From Tubiluchus corallicola (taxonomy: Eukaryota; Animalia; Priapulida), in NCBI GenBank assembly GCA_030141605.1, contig JAQGDQ010000185.1:248001-312000 (forward strand): DNA of 64,000 nucleotides. The letters are read 5' to 3'. The notes beneath the pieces are model-generated. The model was not told the DNA's origin, searched no databases, and saw only the letters and a program-made list of their open reading frames with translations. The position numbers were made by a program, and so were the translations under genes. Of this stretch, positions 13,573-25,465 are shown one piece after another; the first letter of the stretch is position 1; each line of letters opens with the position of its first letter.

Positions 13573-16500
13573 TCTCAGCTGATTTTCTCTACCTCTCTGT
13601 GACGCGACTTTAAATCAGTGCTATATAAACAACTCTGTTTTCATCAGTACTTTTTGTACCCGTATTTAAATAAGTATATAAATGTCAAAAGATCATATCC
13701 ATCTTATTACTCTGGGCACGCCCAACTAAGGTCACGCGATATTATTTCACCAAACTAAACAATCGTTCATAAAAGATATCCATTCAGTCACATTATACTT
13801 AAGACAACAGGTCTTGCGGTCTCTCCCACACGTTTACACTGCACAATAGCAATAATAAAGCGGCCATACACATTTTTAGAATTATGGAACCGTAACGCAC
13901 GCTGTCCGCCACAACGTGCTTTGCTATTGGAAGCGTGGTTTGCAACAAGTGCTGTTATTGGACAGTGGACAGTAGAGCAATGCTTCCTGCACCTTAGCTT
14001 GGTACGTACAGGACCAAAATGGAATTCATTGAGGGGTAATTGGGGTAACAATAGGTAACGTATGCTTAAGACAAAGCATAATGGTAGCAAATACTGCCGC
14101 TCATTTACATTAGAAAAAGGCCGCCAGTTCTCTCTGCAATTCTATTACCGCCCAACAAGTGTCGCATTAATGCGTGAAATTTTACCACCCAAACAGCGAT
14201 GAAAAAAATCAGGAATGCGGCTGCAAATTTTCCACAATTCACTAACTTGACGTCCCGTGGCATATAATCATATTATTAAGCTAAATGTGGTATCATTAAG
14301 GACAATTTGCATTTACAAAGGTTACGGGCCTCTCTTTCTGTGTCACTAACAAACGGGTTTTTCTGTCTTTCCAACGGGTAAAATTTAATTACTTCACGAA
14401 TCTCGATCGTAAATTATTGCTGGGAGAGATAAGACGGACAGATTAAACAATCACAACAGCAGTAAAATTTACTAAATTGGCAAGCAATATCGGGAGGCGC
14501 AGAAAAAATTTACCGAAGCTTAAGAAAGGCTTAATAACATTAGAAAGTAGTACACTGCAAAGCACCATGCTACAATGCATTAGCGTTTGGCTCTGAAAGC
14601 TATACGTTTATAGTTTTAGTGATTTCCAAATTACGGCAGGAAAAAACTTTTGTTTAAAATTTAAATGCCGGAGCAGTGTCAGACACTCATTAACTGAAAG
14701 ACAGCCACCTTGACGTACAAAGCACTTAATACAAGGGATAGTAAAACAACGAAGAAATCAACCCGTTTACATCTTCCCGTCTTACCCATAGAAAATAAAG
14801 CACTGATAAAGATAAGTTATCAAGAAAATGTGATTACGATATCCTTAAAAAGAAAGTGGACGACGGCCGAGCCGTACAAACTGTTGACTGTTGGGATCAA
14901 ATAACCCCTGTGAGAAGCTGTGTCAATGGAAGAAATGCCTTCGTCTAGTTTGCCCTGAAAATGGCACATAAAACACAAACTGTGAATTTGAACAATAATG
15001 GCATACAAAAATTTTTCCGGCGTTTCTTTTTTGATTTGTTAATTTAAAACTTTAATATCTTGGGGAAAAAACAAAGGCAGTGACTTGAATTTTTGGTGTT
15101 TATACATAACTGTCTGTAACATCAGTGTTGCAATTTTCAACCGGTTCCGTTATGTTCTCTGTAATATCACAACCAAAACTTCGGCACATTTTTTGTGCCA
15201 CCTAAACCAACTTGAAGCTACCCGTTTTGTTTCTATTAGGGACTAACAACGGCAGTTTTTTTCGTACAGTCAAATAAGGTAATGATTTTGGAGAAATTTC
15301 AGCCTGAGAAAGACATGGGAAGGTTGATTTCACACAGAAAACATTTAGAAACTTCAGGAAACTAACTATCCTGTTTTAGCTTCCTGCTTTCAACCACTAC
15401 TCTCTTAATTCATGCCTGAAAACTTGCAAAAATAAAATTTCAGCAGAAACAACCAACCTGTGTGTTCCTGACAAACTTTCGCAGTCTTTTCCTATGCAGC
15501 TACCGAAAAAATGCGTTACTCGTGCCTTCATATTAATATTCCAATTAAAAATTAATTGAAATATATACAGCGAATATATATTGCAAGTGTTGTTAACAAA
15601 ACTTGTTATAAATTTAAAACAGATGTTCACAGTTCAGATGTTTCTTCACAAACTAACTTGCCGCAGCATTAAGATGTCATCAAAATCATTTTCCCCGAAA
15701 TTTCCTGTATGACGCAAGTAAGTAGGCACTTGAACTACTGCACAAAATTCCTGTAAATTTCCTGTTTATTGTAGACATAGCACAATATTACACAATCTAC
15801 AGACGGCTGCAAAAGATCGCAAGTGTTGGATAAGCTAAAAAGAGTTAAGCACAGACTTGCTTATTTTTACTTGGTTCGATCACTGTTTTACCTAATTGTT
15901 GCAGTCGCTTCACTGAAGTGTACGGGTACTACAGGTAGAGAAAAATAAACTTTTGAAGATAATTGAAATTTGTTGCACACCCAAGTAATTAAAGGTCATC
16001 AGTCCTTCGTGTCCGTTTTATGATCTTTTATCTCATTACTACTGGATCTTCTCTCCTGCCAGTTTTTATTATTCAAAAATATTTACTATCCATTTAAAGC
16101 ACAATGTTCACACAATTAGCAGGTGGAACAATCTTCACAAACAATGACAAATGTCAATGCCTGTTAATGAAAACAAGCAATTTAAAGCCTGTGTTCTGAC
16201 AGTAATAATAATTGTTCGGTAAACTCATTGGGCATGGGCGCAAATACGTTGAGTCATAAGGTCGTAAAAGTATTCTCTTTTTCTGGGGCACAAGGGCAAA
16301 CAATTGAAACAGGAAAACAACTATATTGACACTCAAAGTGTCTATACAGCTGTGCGTGGTTCACTATAAAATTGTGACCAAACATTATTAATGCAAACAA
16401 GTTTATACATGCAGGATATCAACCTGTATTGAGAGACGTAAATAATAATACACTGAGAATAATAAATAAACCAGCAACTAGGTGAATAATTGAAGAAGTG

Positions 16501-17133
16501 GGGCAACATGATGTTTGAATGATACGAAAATTAGATACACACACACAAATATACCGGTAATCTCAAAATGACAGTTGAATTCTTGTTAGTATTTAAAATT
16601 GTTGCAAACTACATTCACGATTAATCCAAAGGTTGAGGTTAAGGTAAAGAACTAACTCGCGATGCTGTTTTTCAAAAAAAAACAAAGAATCAACTTGGTA
16701 TAATAATGCCTAAATAATTAAATGTTATGAAATGTATCTTTAATACAAATACAAATTTAATACAAATCTAATGTACATTACTAATAAAATATGCAATTAC
16801 CAGAGGCTGAACTACAAAGGCTTAGTAAGTTAGTACAAAATTCATTTCCGCTTTCCATAGTCAAGTTATGTGGTTTTCCGTAGTGCATGACATCTTGATA
16901 TCATGACTCATTTTGATATCACTAGAATCAGAAATATGCATGTCAAAGCTTTCCTGGAGCAATGCAGCTAGTCGATCCGCTTTTAGCTAGCTGGAGAAAA
17001 AAAGCAGTTTTATCTAGTTGCTTTTTGGAAACAACCGAGTCTTGTTGGGAATTGGAAAGCAAATTTCGTTGCCATTCTTAAGTGCGTGTACGTACAACAA
17101 GAGCCAGAGAACTTGTCACATAGGCTTTTTTTT

Positions 17134-17385
17134 AGTTTTTCCTTTTACCGAAATGCAAAAGAGAACTAGAATTACATATTTAAGAGTAGAAATTTATAAT
17201 TTAACGATATCTACAGAAGTTTTTGCTTTCACCGAATCGCAAAAGAAAACTAGAATCACATATTTAAGAGTAGAAATTTATAATTTAACGTTATCTACAA
17301 AAGTTTTTCCCTTTACCGAATCGCAAAAGAGAACTAGAATCACATATTTAAGAGTAGAAATTTATAATTTAACGATATCTACAAA
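17134..17385. repeat. 84-bp minisatellite, 3 near-identical copies
   Basis: accg anchors at 17147, 17231 and 17315; this produces the 28-aa repeat in ORF 17018-17401. Confidence 0.95.
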
Positions 17386-19899
17386 TTTTTCTTTAAAGTG
17401 ACCTCAATCAGCATAGATGTTATTCTTACTTGCACCAAGTATATTAAGCTCTATAACTGACCTTTAGCTGTCACGTACTCTTAGAAAGATCATTCACAAC
17501 ACAGCTCTTTATTGGCTACACCGGCTGCAGAAGAAGCAAGTTATGTACACAGATTTACCGACTTCGTTATTGACCATGGACTGCCGCATAATATTCTTAC
17601 AAATATACAAGCGAAAACAAATTACCAGAGGTATTCAATAAAAGCGTGCTGATCATACGAACGATAAAATTCTAAAAAGAATTTGCATTTTTTTCTTTAA
17701 ATTCAACCTTGAACTTGTTTAAGAATAGAAAATAGTGCGCGAATCGCACTGTTGCTTAGCATCAAAAAAAAGAAAACGTATAGCGGAATGATAACAACAA
17801 CTTCCGAAAAAGTAAGCAAATTCAAAATTCGAGATGTCAAACTTCTAAGCTGGAACAATATACAGAGCCCTCATAAAAAACTCATGCCAAAATATAATAA
17901 CAGGATTTTGCTACAGCTTGAATTTTCCTAAGACAGAAATTCCATAATCGCTTGTTTTCCCCATTGACTGATCAGCATCGGCACTTTACTACGAAAACCA
18001 CATGCAGACGCCTTGCTAATAAAGCATCTATTTCCAGCAGCATTACATATAAAAAAGTTATATACACAATGGTATCACTCAAACCTGTAAAGTATGAAAT
18101 CTTCAAACAGTGTGGCTTTATTTTCACACAATAATTTTTACTTTGTAAACGATGACTTGAAAGTTACAATTGAAATTTTTTTCTAAATAAACAATTTTAC
18201 AAGCAGCTTCTCAAATAAGCAAAACTCTTCAACCTTACGAGTGTAGAGCACTACAATTTGCTTGGCAACTAATTCATTTTTGCGAATAACAAATAAGCCT
18301 AATACGATTTACTTTGTTTAGACCAAAAATCAAGAAATAAATAGAGCGTCGTTAAGCAGACATTTAGAAAGTCAAGAAACATTTTACCTTGGCACACCAA
18401 AACCACAAGTGTCTCATTAACGGTGCAAATTAACTACCGAGAAGAGTGGAGGACTGGAGGTCGAGTAACAGATAGAATTCACTCTTCAGTTATTCCACAA
18501 CATGACAAATGCATGTCCTCTGTCATGTTCTCTTTTATAGGTGATAGAATTGGATTTCCAGCATCTTAAGATCGACTAGCCTCTAGAAGACGTACTTACA
18601 AACCGGTAATGCGGTATTCTAGTTAAATCAGTAAGCAAAACTCTATATTCACATTTTACTCTTATTTCTGTGAACTTTATAATCACAAATTCGAAACCCT
18701 ATTCACATTTTACAGAACAAGAAGTTTAATTACATAACTTAACGGCTTTAACTTGCAGCAATTCGTGCATCCATATGAACGTGACTTAAATCAGTTAAAA
18801 GACACAGAAACTGGACATAGGTATTTGAAGAATAAAACCAGGTATTTGAGCTTAGCGTGCTCAGGAAATCTTCTATCAACCCAACGAAGGTTAATTCAAC
18901 CGCAAATACCCGCACCGGAAACAAAACACAAACACAGCAGCATTCCAGACACACACAAAGAAAAACACGAAACAGAAAGAAATGTCAAAGTAGTGTGGAA
19001 AACCTGCTGCTCCAGAGTGTATAGATGGGTGGCCTCACGATGGAATTTACCTTGAAATAAATAAGATTGCCACCTTAGTTGTATAGGATTTATAATGTTA
19101 AACCGATTTGGAGGAAGAATGAAGTGTGATGAGGTAAAGCAAATCAACACAATATCTGACAGCCGTGCCAAAACTCTCAAAAGAGCAATAAATTGGTACA
19201 TAACGTCTCAAATTAATCGAGCGCCATGATTTCAACAATAGGCATTCCAAGACTTGCCAAAGTTTTCACCTTTGTGACCCGTACATTCAAGGTGTTGTTA
19301 AATAGTTGGCCAGAACTTTGTAAAGCAACAACCTTGCCTATTTGAGTAACAAGAATAAACGATTTCAACTTCAAGATGCTTGGTAATCTAGAAATCAGCT
19401 TTTGCTGAATAAACGGTCACAATGTGGTCAGGAATTTGATACATTTTAGTGATTTTACAAAACGCTGTGACCTCTTAAGACGCCACATAATCCGTTAACT
19501 ACATAACTACATAGGGACCGTGGTGCCAACTATGACTACATAAATATTTGGAGATCAAATTTTGGGTTTAACATAAACAGAAAAGCAAGAAAATGCGATG
19601 ATCGATCAATACCAACCTTCTTAATCCGAGTAAACTTAAAACAGTCAACATTCTTTCTCTTTGAATGAACAGAAGTCAATAAGAGGATTCTTCAAATCTT
19701 GGCTGGCTCGAAAACATAGTCCAGTTTTTGTATTGGTAGGTGTGCGTGTTTCTCATCAAGGTCGCTGTCACACTGCTACACATGTCTACCCAACATATCA
19801 TATGGCATATATCAATCATCCGATGACATTACAACGTCCACCTTCAACATTCGGATTTTGGCAATGACATTTTGAGTCACTCAGCTCACAATAAGTTGA

Positions 19900-20160
19900 T
19901 GTGATAGTTTTATGTGTATTCAGTTTCAGTGGAACGCTGACTATCTACTTTTCATATGTATTCAGTTTCAGTGAAAGGCAGGCTATCAACTTGTCATCAC
20001 GACACACAATAATGTCTGTGCCGCTCTGTGCTACGCAAGCCCATATAAGTATTTTTAACGCAGACTAGTACGCCAGTTCACCGTACTTCCCATAATTTAG
20101 ACTGAATAAAGACCCCTTATTGACGGTCAACTGATGTGGGAGAGAGTCAGGATTATCTCA
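19900..20160 (+). mobile_element. Possible solo LTR containing a 42-bp tandem duplication (19915-19997)
   Basis: Begins TGTGATA and ends TATCTCA (TG..CA, 6/7 inverted match). TATA-like catataag (20042) precedes AATAAA (20105). Flanks gttga/aatga are only a poor TSD. Confidence 0.4.
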
Positions 20161-21538
20161 AATGACAGCTGCAATAGATTGACAGCTGCATTCAGTTACA
20201 ACAAACCAAGTCTTTGTTACAGTAAAGGGTAATTAGTCGGCGTAAAGTTGAAAAGGCTAGCAGAGGTCAACTCTTGGGAAAGGTTGAAAAAGTAAAAGTA
20301 TAGCCGAAGCATGCTATCAGCAGATTTGAAGACGGGTATTTAACCGTAACTGCCAAAACTATTGAGTTAGAAAATTCACACTGACGTTTACTGTTTATTC
20401 GCCGTTAAGCTTAGCATATTTTCCGCACAACAAAAGAAAAAACAAGCTGGACACATTATTAACATCTATCGCAGTGATAATGATGATATTAGACGACAGA
20501 AATATATGCTAGCAGCAAGAGCTGATAGTCATACAAAAAAATTTAGTCATTTTAGTTTAGAAGTCAAAACTTTACTCTTTAAGACTTATTTCTTTATGAA
20601 ACCTGCGCAAGAAAAGGAGCTAAACAGATTCAGTCTACAAAACGCCACTTATACGCTAGTTTCTAAAGCTTACTTTCTTGTCAACTGGTGGTGTAACACG
20701 TTTTGCATTGCCTGCAAACTATAACAAGGTGTTATAACGTCTGCCACGTGTTTTAAAATTATTTTCCATTAACGGTAACCGGAAGCTAAACAAGTAATAA
20801 AGAAATAAATTATTCAACATCACCAGCAATAGAGACTCAGTATCTAATTTTCTATCTGTAATGTTAGTATCTGATAGAAATGAATGTAAAGTATTTCAAT
20901 GCATTGTGCAGCCTGGGTCATAAACACATTGACAATGAAACAGGTGCTTGCCAGAATTTTGTTATAGTGAAAGGTAAAACTAATCAATAATTACCCATTA
21001 ATGAAGAATAATTACATCACCACCTGTCGCCAACTCCATTTGCAAATGTTTTTACACTATCGTTTTAATAACACGGTAATAATTTCCCAATTGCTACGTA
21101 AAATAACCAACCAGACTGCTGCTAAACGCTACACGCCACACTTTTGTGTCAGAATAAGTTTATTAGGCACAAATGTGCCAAATCAAAGAAGAAAAGCCTT
21201 GAAATTCCAAGGCGGAGAATATGCCAATCCCGTTTAATTGTTGGAGATTAAAAATATTAAGACGTAATCACAATGCACCTACCCGTTAGCAGAGTCTTTA
21301 TTGTTGATCTATAAAGTGATTAAAATCTTGCTGAAGTTTATCAACAAACAATCTACAGAGGAGAAAACAGACGAAAACTCAAAACTGTGCCAGGGGCACA
21401 CTGTATAAAAATATAATCTCACGATCACATACATTATCTCGGATCGTTTTACTTTGCATCTGCGTGATTTCATAATTGAGATGTCCATCAAGCAGGCTTA
21501 ATCTTAAAAAACACCAGAAACCGTAGCCGGGGACTAAC

Positions 21539-22039
21539 GGCCATCCACATATAACGATATCAAATTTAAGACAGGTAGGTGGCAGGAGACGTGAAAACGC
21601 CATTATAATGCAACTATGCGATGTAGTCATGATATCGTTATGTGATATCGTTAGGTGTGATAGCAATATCGTTCGCAAATAAATGAACAACCAACTCGTC
21701 CTGTACGTCTGGCAGCGATACGGAACAGGGAATGGCTGGTTATAATCAGCTGTGAGGCAGAGGAATCTGCAGAATGGGTCGATAAGAATGAGTTCAGTGA
21801 ATTAGGACTGCTACCGCTTCCACCGCTGATGGCAGTAGAATCCACTTATGGTTTCCCGTTAATTAACGCAAGTGATGTTGTTGCGATATCATTGGGAGAA
21901 GAAAGAATAATAAATATACAAAAATCTACATCAGTGTGATATCGATATCAATATAAGGGCGAGGTAACGCTATTATAACGCAAAGTAGGTAGGTCCTCCA
22001 AATCGGTCGAAAACTTTATATCGTTATATGTGGATGGCC
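21539..22039. mobile_element. 501-bp MITE with perfect 22-bp TIRs (PIF/Harbinger-like termini)
   Basis: GGCCATCCACATATAACGATAT at 21539-21560 and its exact reverse complement at 22018-22039; internal GATATCG subrepeats; no coding capacity. Confidence 0.9.
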
Positions 22040-24859
22040 CGACTAGATGAAATTTTCATGATTGCGCAAACTTTGCCGGACTGGTCAACGTGGCGCGCGT
22101 TCATTTCAATACAAAATTTAAATCAGAAAAAAGCAAGCTCCAGGGGAAAAAATGTTTTGGCCTAACTGAGAGGTCTATTCTCTTCCTAGTTCGGTAACAT
22201 CTATGTACAAGAATAGTCGTTTGATTTGACTGTTGGAAACTCATAAACGTCTCATTTCTTCACACTGAACGATTATTAAATCATGCAAGACTGAAAACGT
22301 TGTGAATAAATCTACAGAATTGTTAAGCTTGCACAGTTTTATAAATACTACTGCCTGCTTAGCCTAATATTGCATTCTCAGTTGCAAGTAATACAACTTA
22401 GGTTAAATTTGCATAACATTTCCCCCATCAAAGCCATAATTGTAAGCTGCAAGATACAGTTTTCAACGTTATCGCCCTTCAACGCGGTGATAGATTCACT
22501 GCGTATCTAAAATGCCTAACAATTTGAAAAACCGTTATAATTTACATAACAAGTCAAAGAAAATATGGATAAGCTGGACGTTGGTACCTATTGAAGTAAC
22601 ATTAATTCAAGTGTTGCGTCTACCCGCGGGGTGAATTCCACGCACACGCTGGTACATTAGTGAAATATAGTAACCCTTATTCGACACTATGAATTGCTTA
22701 TTGTAATACGAGAAATTCCTCAAATGAAATGAATTGGAAGTTACTGCTACACAAGACACTCATCATATAGGGCGAATTCGTGCGAGTCTTGCACAATAAT
22801 TACCGGACAATGTGTCATTGAGTGCAGCCACGCCACGAAAGAAAGTGACCATCGCCCGAAACTGGGTTGATTTTCATTCGTGTGAGTGGATCCTGTATTC
22901 GAAGGTGAAAGGTGGCACTTATTGTTTGACCCCCTGGTCACTATATTGGTCAGTGTGAAAGTTGAGATTACGTAGACTGCATAATTGGAGGGAATTTCTG
23001 TTATCTTAAATGTGGTCAGTATTATGATGTTATCAGTAACCTAAATTAACGCACTTTCTATTACGGAAATTTCTTGGAACGTAACCTAGTTTCACTGAGC
23101 CTATATATATTATTACGTGCAGCTAGTTTCGCCCTTTTAGTACAAAAATTTTAAACCTATACAAGATTATAAATAAACTTGATCTATATAATTATACTGA
23201 CGGCAAGATATAGATGTGTTGTTATAAATTTCTGTAGTATACAAGCAGGAAACGCCTACAAAAAGTTTTATACATTGTTATGACAGTTTTTACACGGAGG
23301 TATTTGCTCATGATATAAGTTTAACAAATGTTTCGGGGTACTGACTACTGAAATATTCTTAATTAGTTTACACGGTCCTTCAAAAGAATGACATCCAAAA
23401 CACTGAACTCTGTCCAAATGATCAGTCTTCAGTGACAGTTACTTTGCACGTTGCTGAAGAGGTATTCTCTAATTTCACTCAACTTAGTGAAGCATCGTCA
23501 AAACAGCTTGTACGAAAACGAGCTTTGTTGTTAAAACATGTACTGCAATACGCGATAATCAAAGAAAAGAGAACTTCGACAAAGAAACGAAACAAGAAGT
23601 TTTATCAAATATTTTGGAAATTAAGAGCAGACGCGCAAATTAATTTTAAATTACATACGGATAACAGCAGATATGTTCTATTACTAGACAAATTTTCACC
23701 TCTATATAATGCAGAAAAAGCGCATTGTCAAAGCACCGTAGCTTGCGCTTTCGCACGCAGCAGTACGAGCGCAAGTTCGTTCGGTAACCGGTAATAAAGT
23801 CACAATTATGGCTAGAAAAAATCACAATTAATTTTGGCTATTGTTAGCGTTATTTGTTTTTTCCTGCGCCTTTTTCTGCGACTTTTTTACCTGGATTCAG
23901 TTCACGTACGTTCATGCAGTTCTTCAACACTGACAAACCGACAGTATTTTGAATGGTCGTGAGGACGGCCTTATAAGAATACAAGCGCTATAATGTATAA
24001 GAAAAATCACACGCCGAAAGAAAGAGAAGGAAAAAAGAAGGAATGAACACGCTTCAAACTGCCAATATAGTTGTTCTGCGGGTGAACAAAAAAGGACAAA
24101 AAAAGAAAAAAATCACATGGAATTACTAGAACTGCTGAACCAATTTTTGGGGAGCTCTTGTTTATATTATTAACACCTAAAAATCCACCTTAAAGAAGAC
24201 ACAAGCACGTATACAAAGCACACAAGCACACCACATAAAAAACACAAGAGACGAACACAGAAGTATAGAATCAAAAACGGCAGTCACTAAAGGGAGTTCT
24301 TAACAACAAGAATGTTAATTAGTGAATAAAGTAATCAAAGGCCCATCAGACTATGTAATAGAAGACAACACTGGTAAACAATACTCCTACCCTAGCAACA
24401 GAATAAAACGTAGATCGCGTAACTCAAACCCCGGATCACATATACTAGATTCAGTTGAGCAAGCTTACATCGTCCCCAGGTCTATCCACAGTTTCGCTAA
24501 TAATCGATTGATATTAGTAACTAGCTTTTTATAAAAAGCTGGCTAAAAACTGAACATTGTAAATAGGATCGCCTATTCCTGGTTTTATACACGCTATCAG
24601 CATTCAGCAAGCCATTGATAAAAAATTGAGGAAATGAGAAAACCACTCATTTTAATTCATAAAGCATTCAGCTATATGGCACACGTCGTTCATACCACGT
24701 TTGCTTGTTTCTGGACAAAGAACAGCAGCTGTTGCTATAGCAAAAACTCTCTGCCTCTTCAAAGCACGCTGCCTGCAATTACTTCCACAATATATTTGCT
24801 GGACGTTAACCTGCTAGCACAAAGCCTGGGTGCCTAGGTAGCGGCAGGATTTGATGAAG

Positions 24860-24942
24860 GAATATCTTATCAAGCAGGAAAACGTGTGATGATTGATGGG
24901 CGAGCTAGCAGCCCTCTAGAAGTAAAAGTAAACATGGCGTCC
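24860..24942 (+). mobile_element. Decayed LINE (CR1/L2-type) RT fragment
   Basis: EYL../RVMIDGRASSPLEVK/HGV(P) resembles YL..R.QRV.V.G..S....V..GVPQGS. Confidence 0.5.
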
Positions 24943-25234
24943 TTGTAGGAACAATGATGTCGGAATAAATAAAAGCGCAACCTTACAAGGTCAATGAGAT
25001 CGTAATTTAGGGGAGAATTATTCCAGGAGAAAGAGGAATAAATCACGGGTTATATGGAAGGGTAGTTACAGGGAAAGCACGTACAAGGTGGTTCGTGAGA
25101 ACTTTAAGGACTCCTAATCTTAAATAGCAAGAGACTGGAAAAAGTACATGAGAAACATCTAAGGAACTTGAATCACGTGCCAAGGTCACTCATTGAACCG
25201 CTTCCAATATAAAAATATGCATTACTTATGGAGC

Positions 25235-25345
25235 GCCGGTACATTTCGACTAGTAACGCGTCCGCTTTCCGTCTAGGAGGTCGTTAGTTCGATACTGCGG
25301 CCGGGGGTCATACCACACGCTTTTAAAATGGTACCTGCTCTTGCC
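25235..25345 (+). mobile_element. tRNA-derived SINE remnant with GGTCATACCA...AAAATGGTACC core; related copy at 38477-38575
   Basis: B-box-like agttcgatact (25286-25296), then ggtcataccacacgcttttaaaatggtacctg; the same core occurs at 38521. Confidence 0.7.
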
Positions 25346-25371
25346 AATCTCTGCTATGTTGTTGTAGTTTC

Positions 25372-25465
25372 TTATTTACAGTCGGCGATAAAAGCCTCAT
25401 GGCAGGCTTGTGTTGTCTGTTGAATTTAAAGCCGACTTTAAATAAATATTATTATTATTACTATT
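25372..25465 (+). mobile_element. LINE/SINE-type 3' terminus: stem-loop plus (TAT)n tail
   Basis: ttatttacagtcggc ... gccgactttaaataa is a 14/15 inverted match enclosing an aagcct..aggctt hairpin, followed by AATAAA and (ATT)n. Confidence 0.6.

Noticed and set aside
17134-17385. CRISPR-like array or repeat protein (ORF 17018-17401)
   Set aside because: Units are contiguous with no unique spacers, there are no cas genes, and the context is eukaryotic; the ORF is a by-product of the 84-bp period.
20674-20708. Phase-2 mini first exon MQNVLHHQLTR
   Set aside because: Only 35 nt with no supporting promoter features; illustrates the chance rate of such hits.
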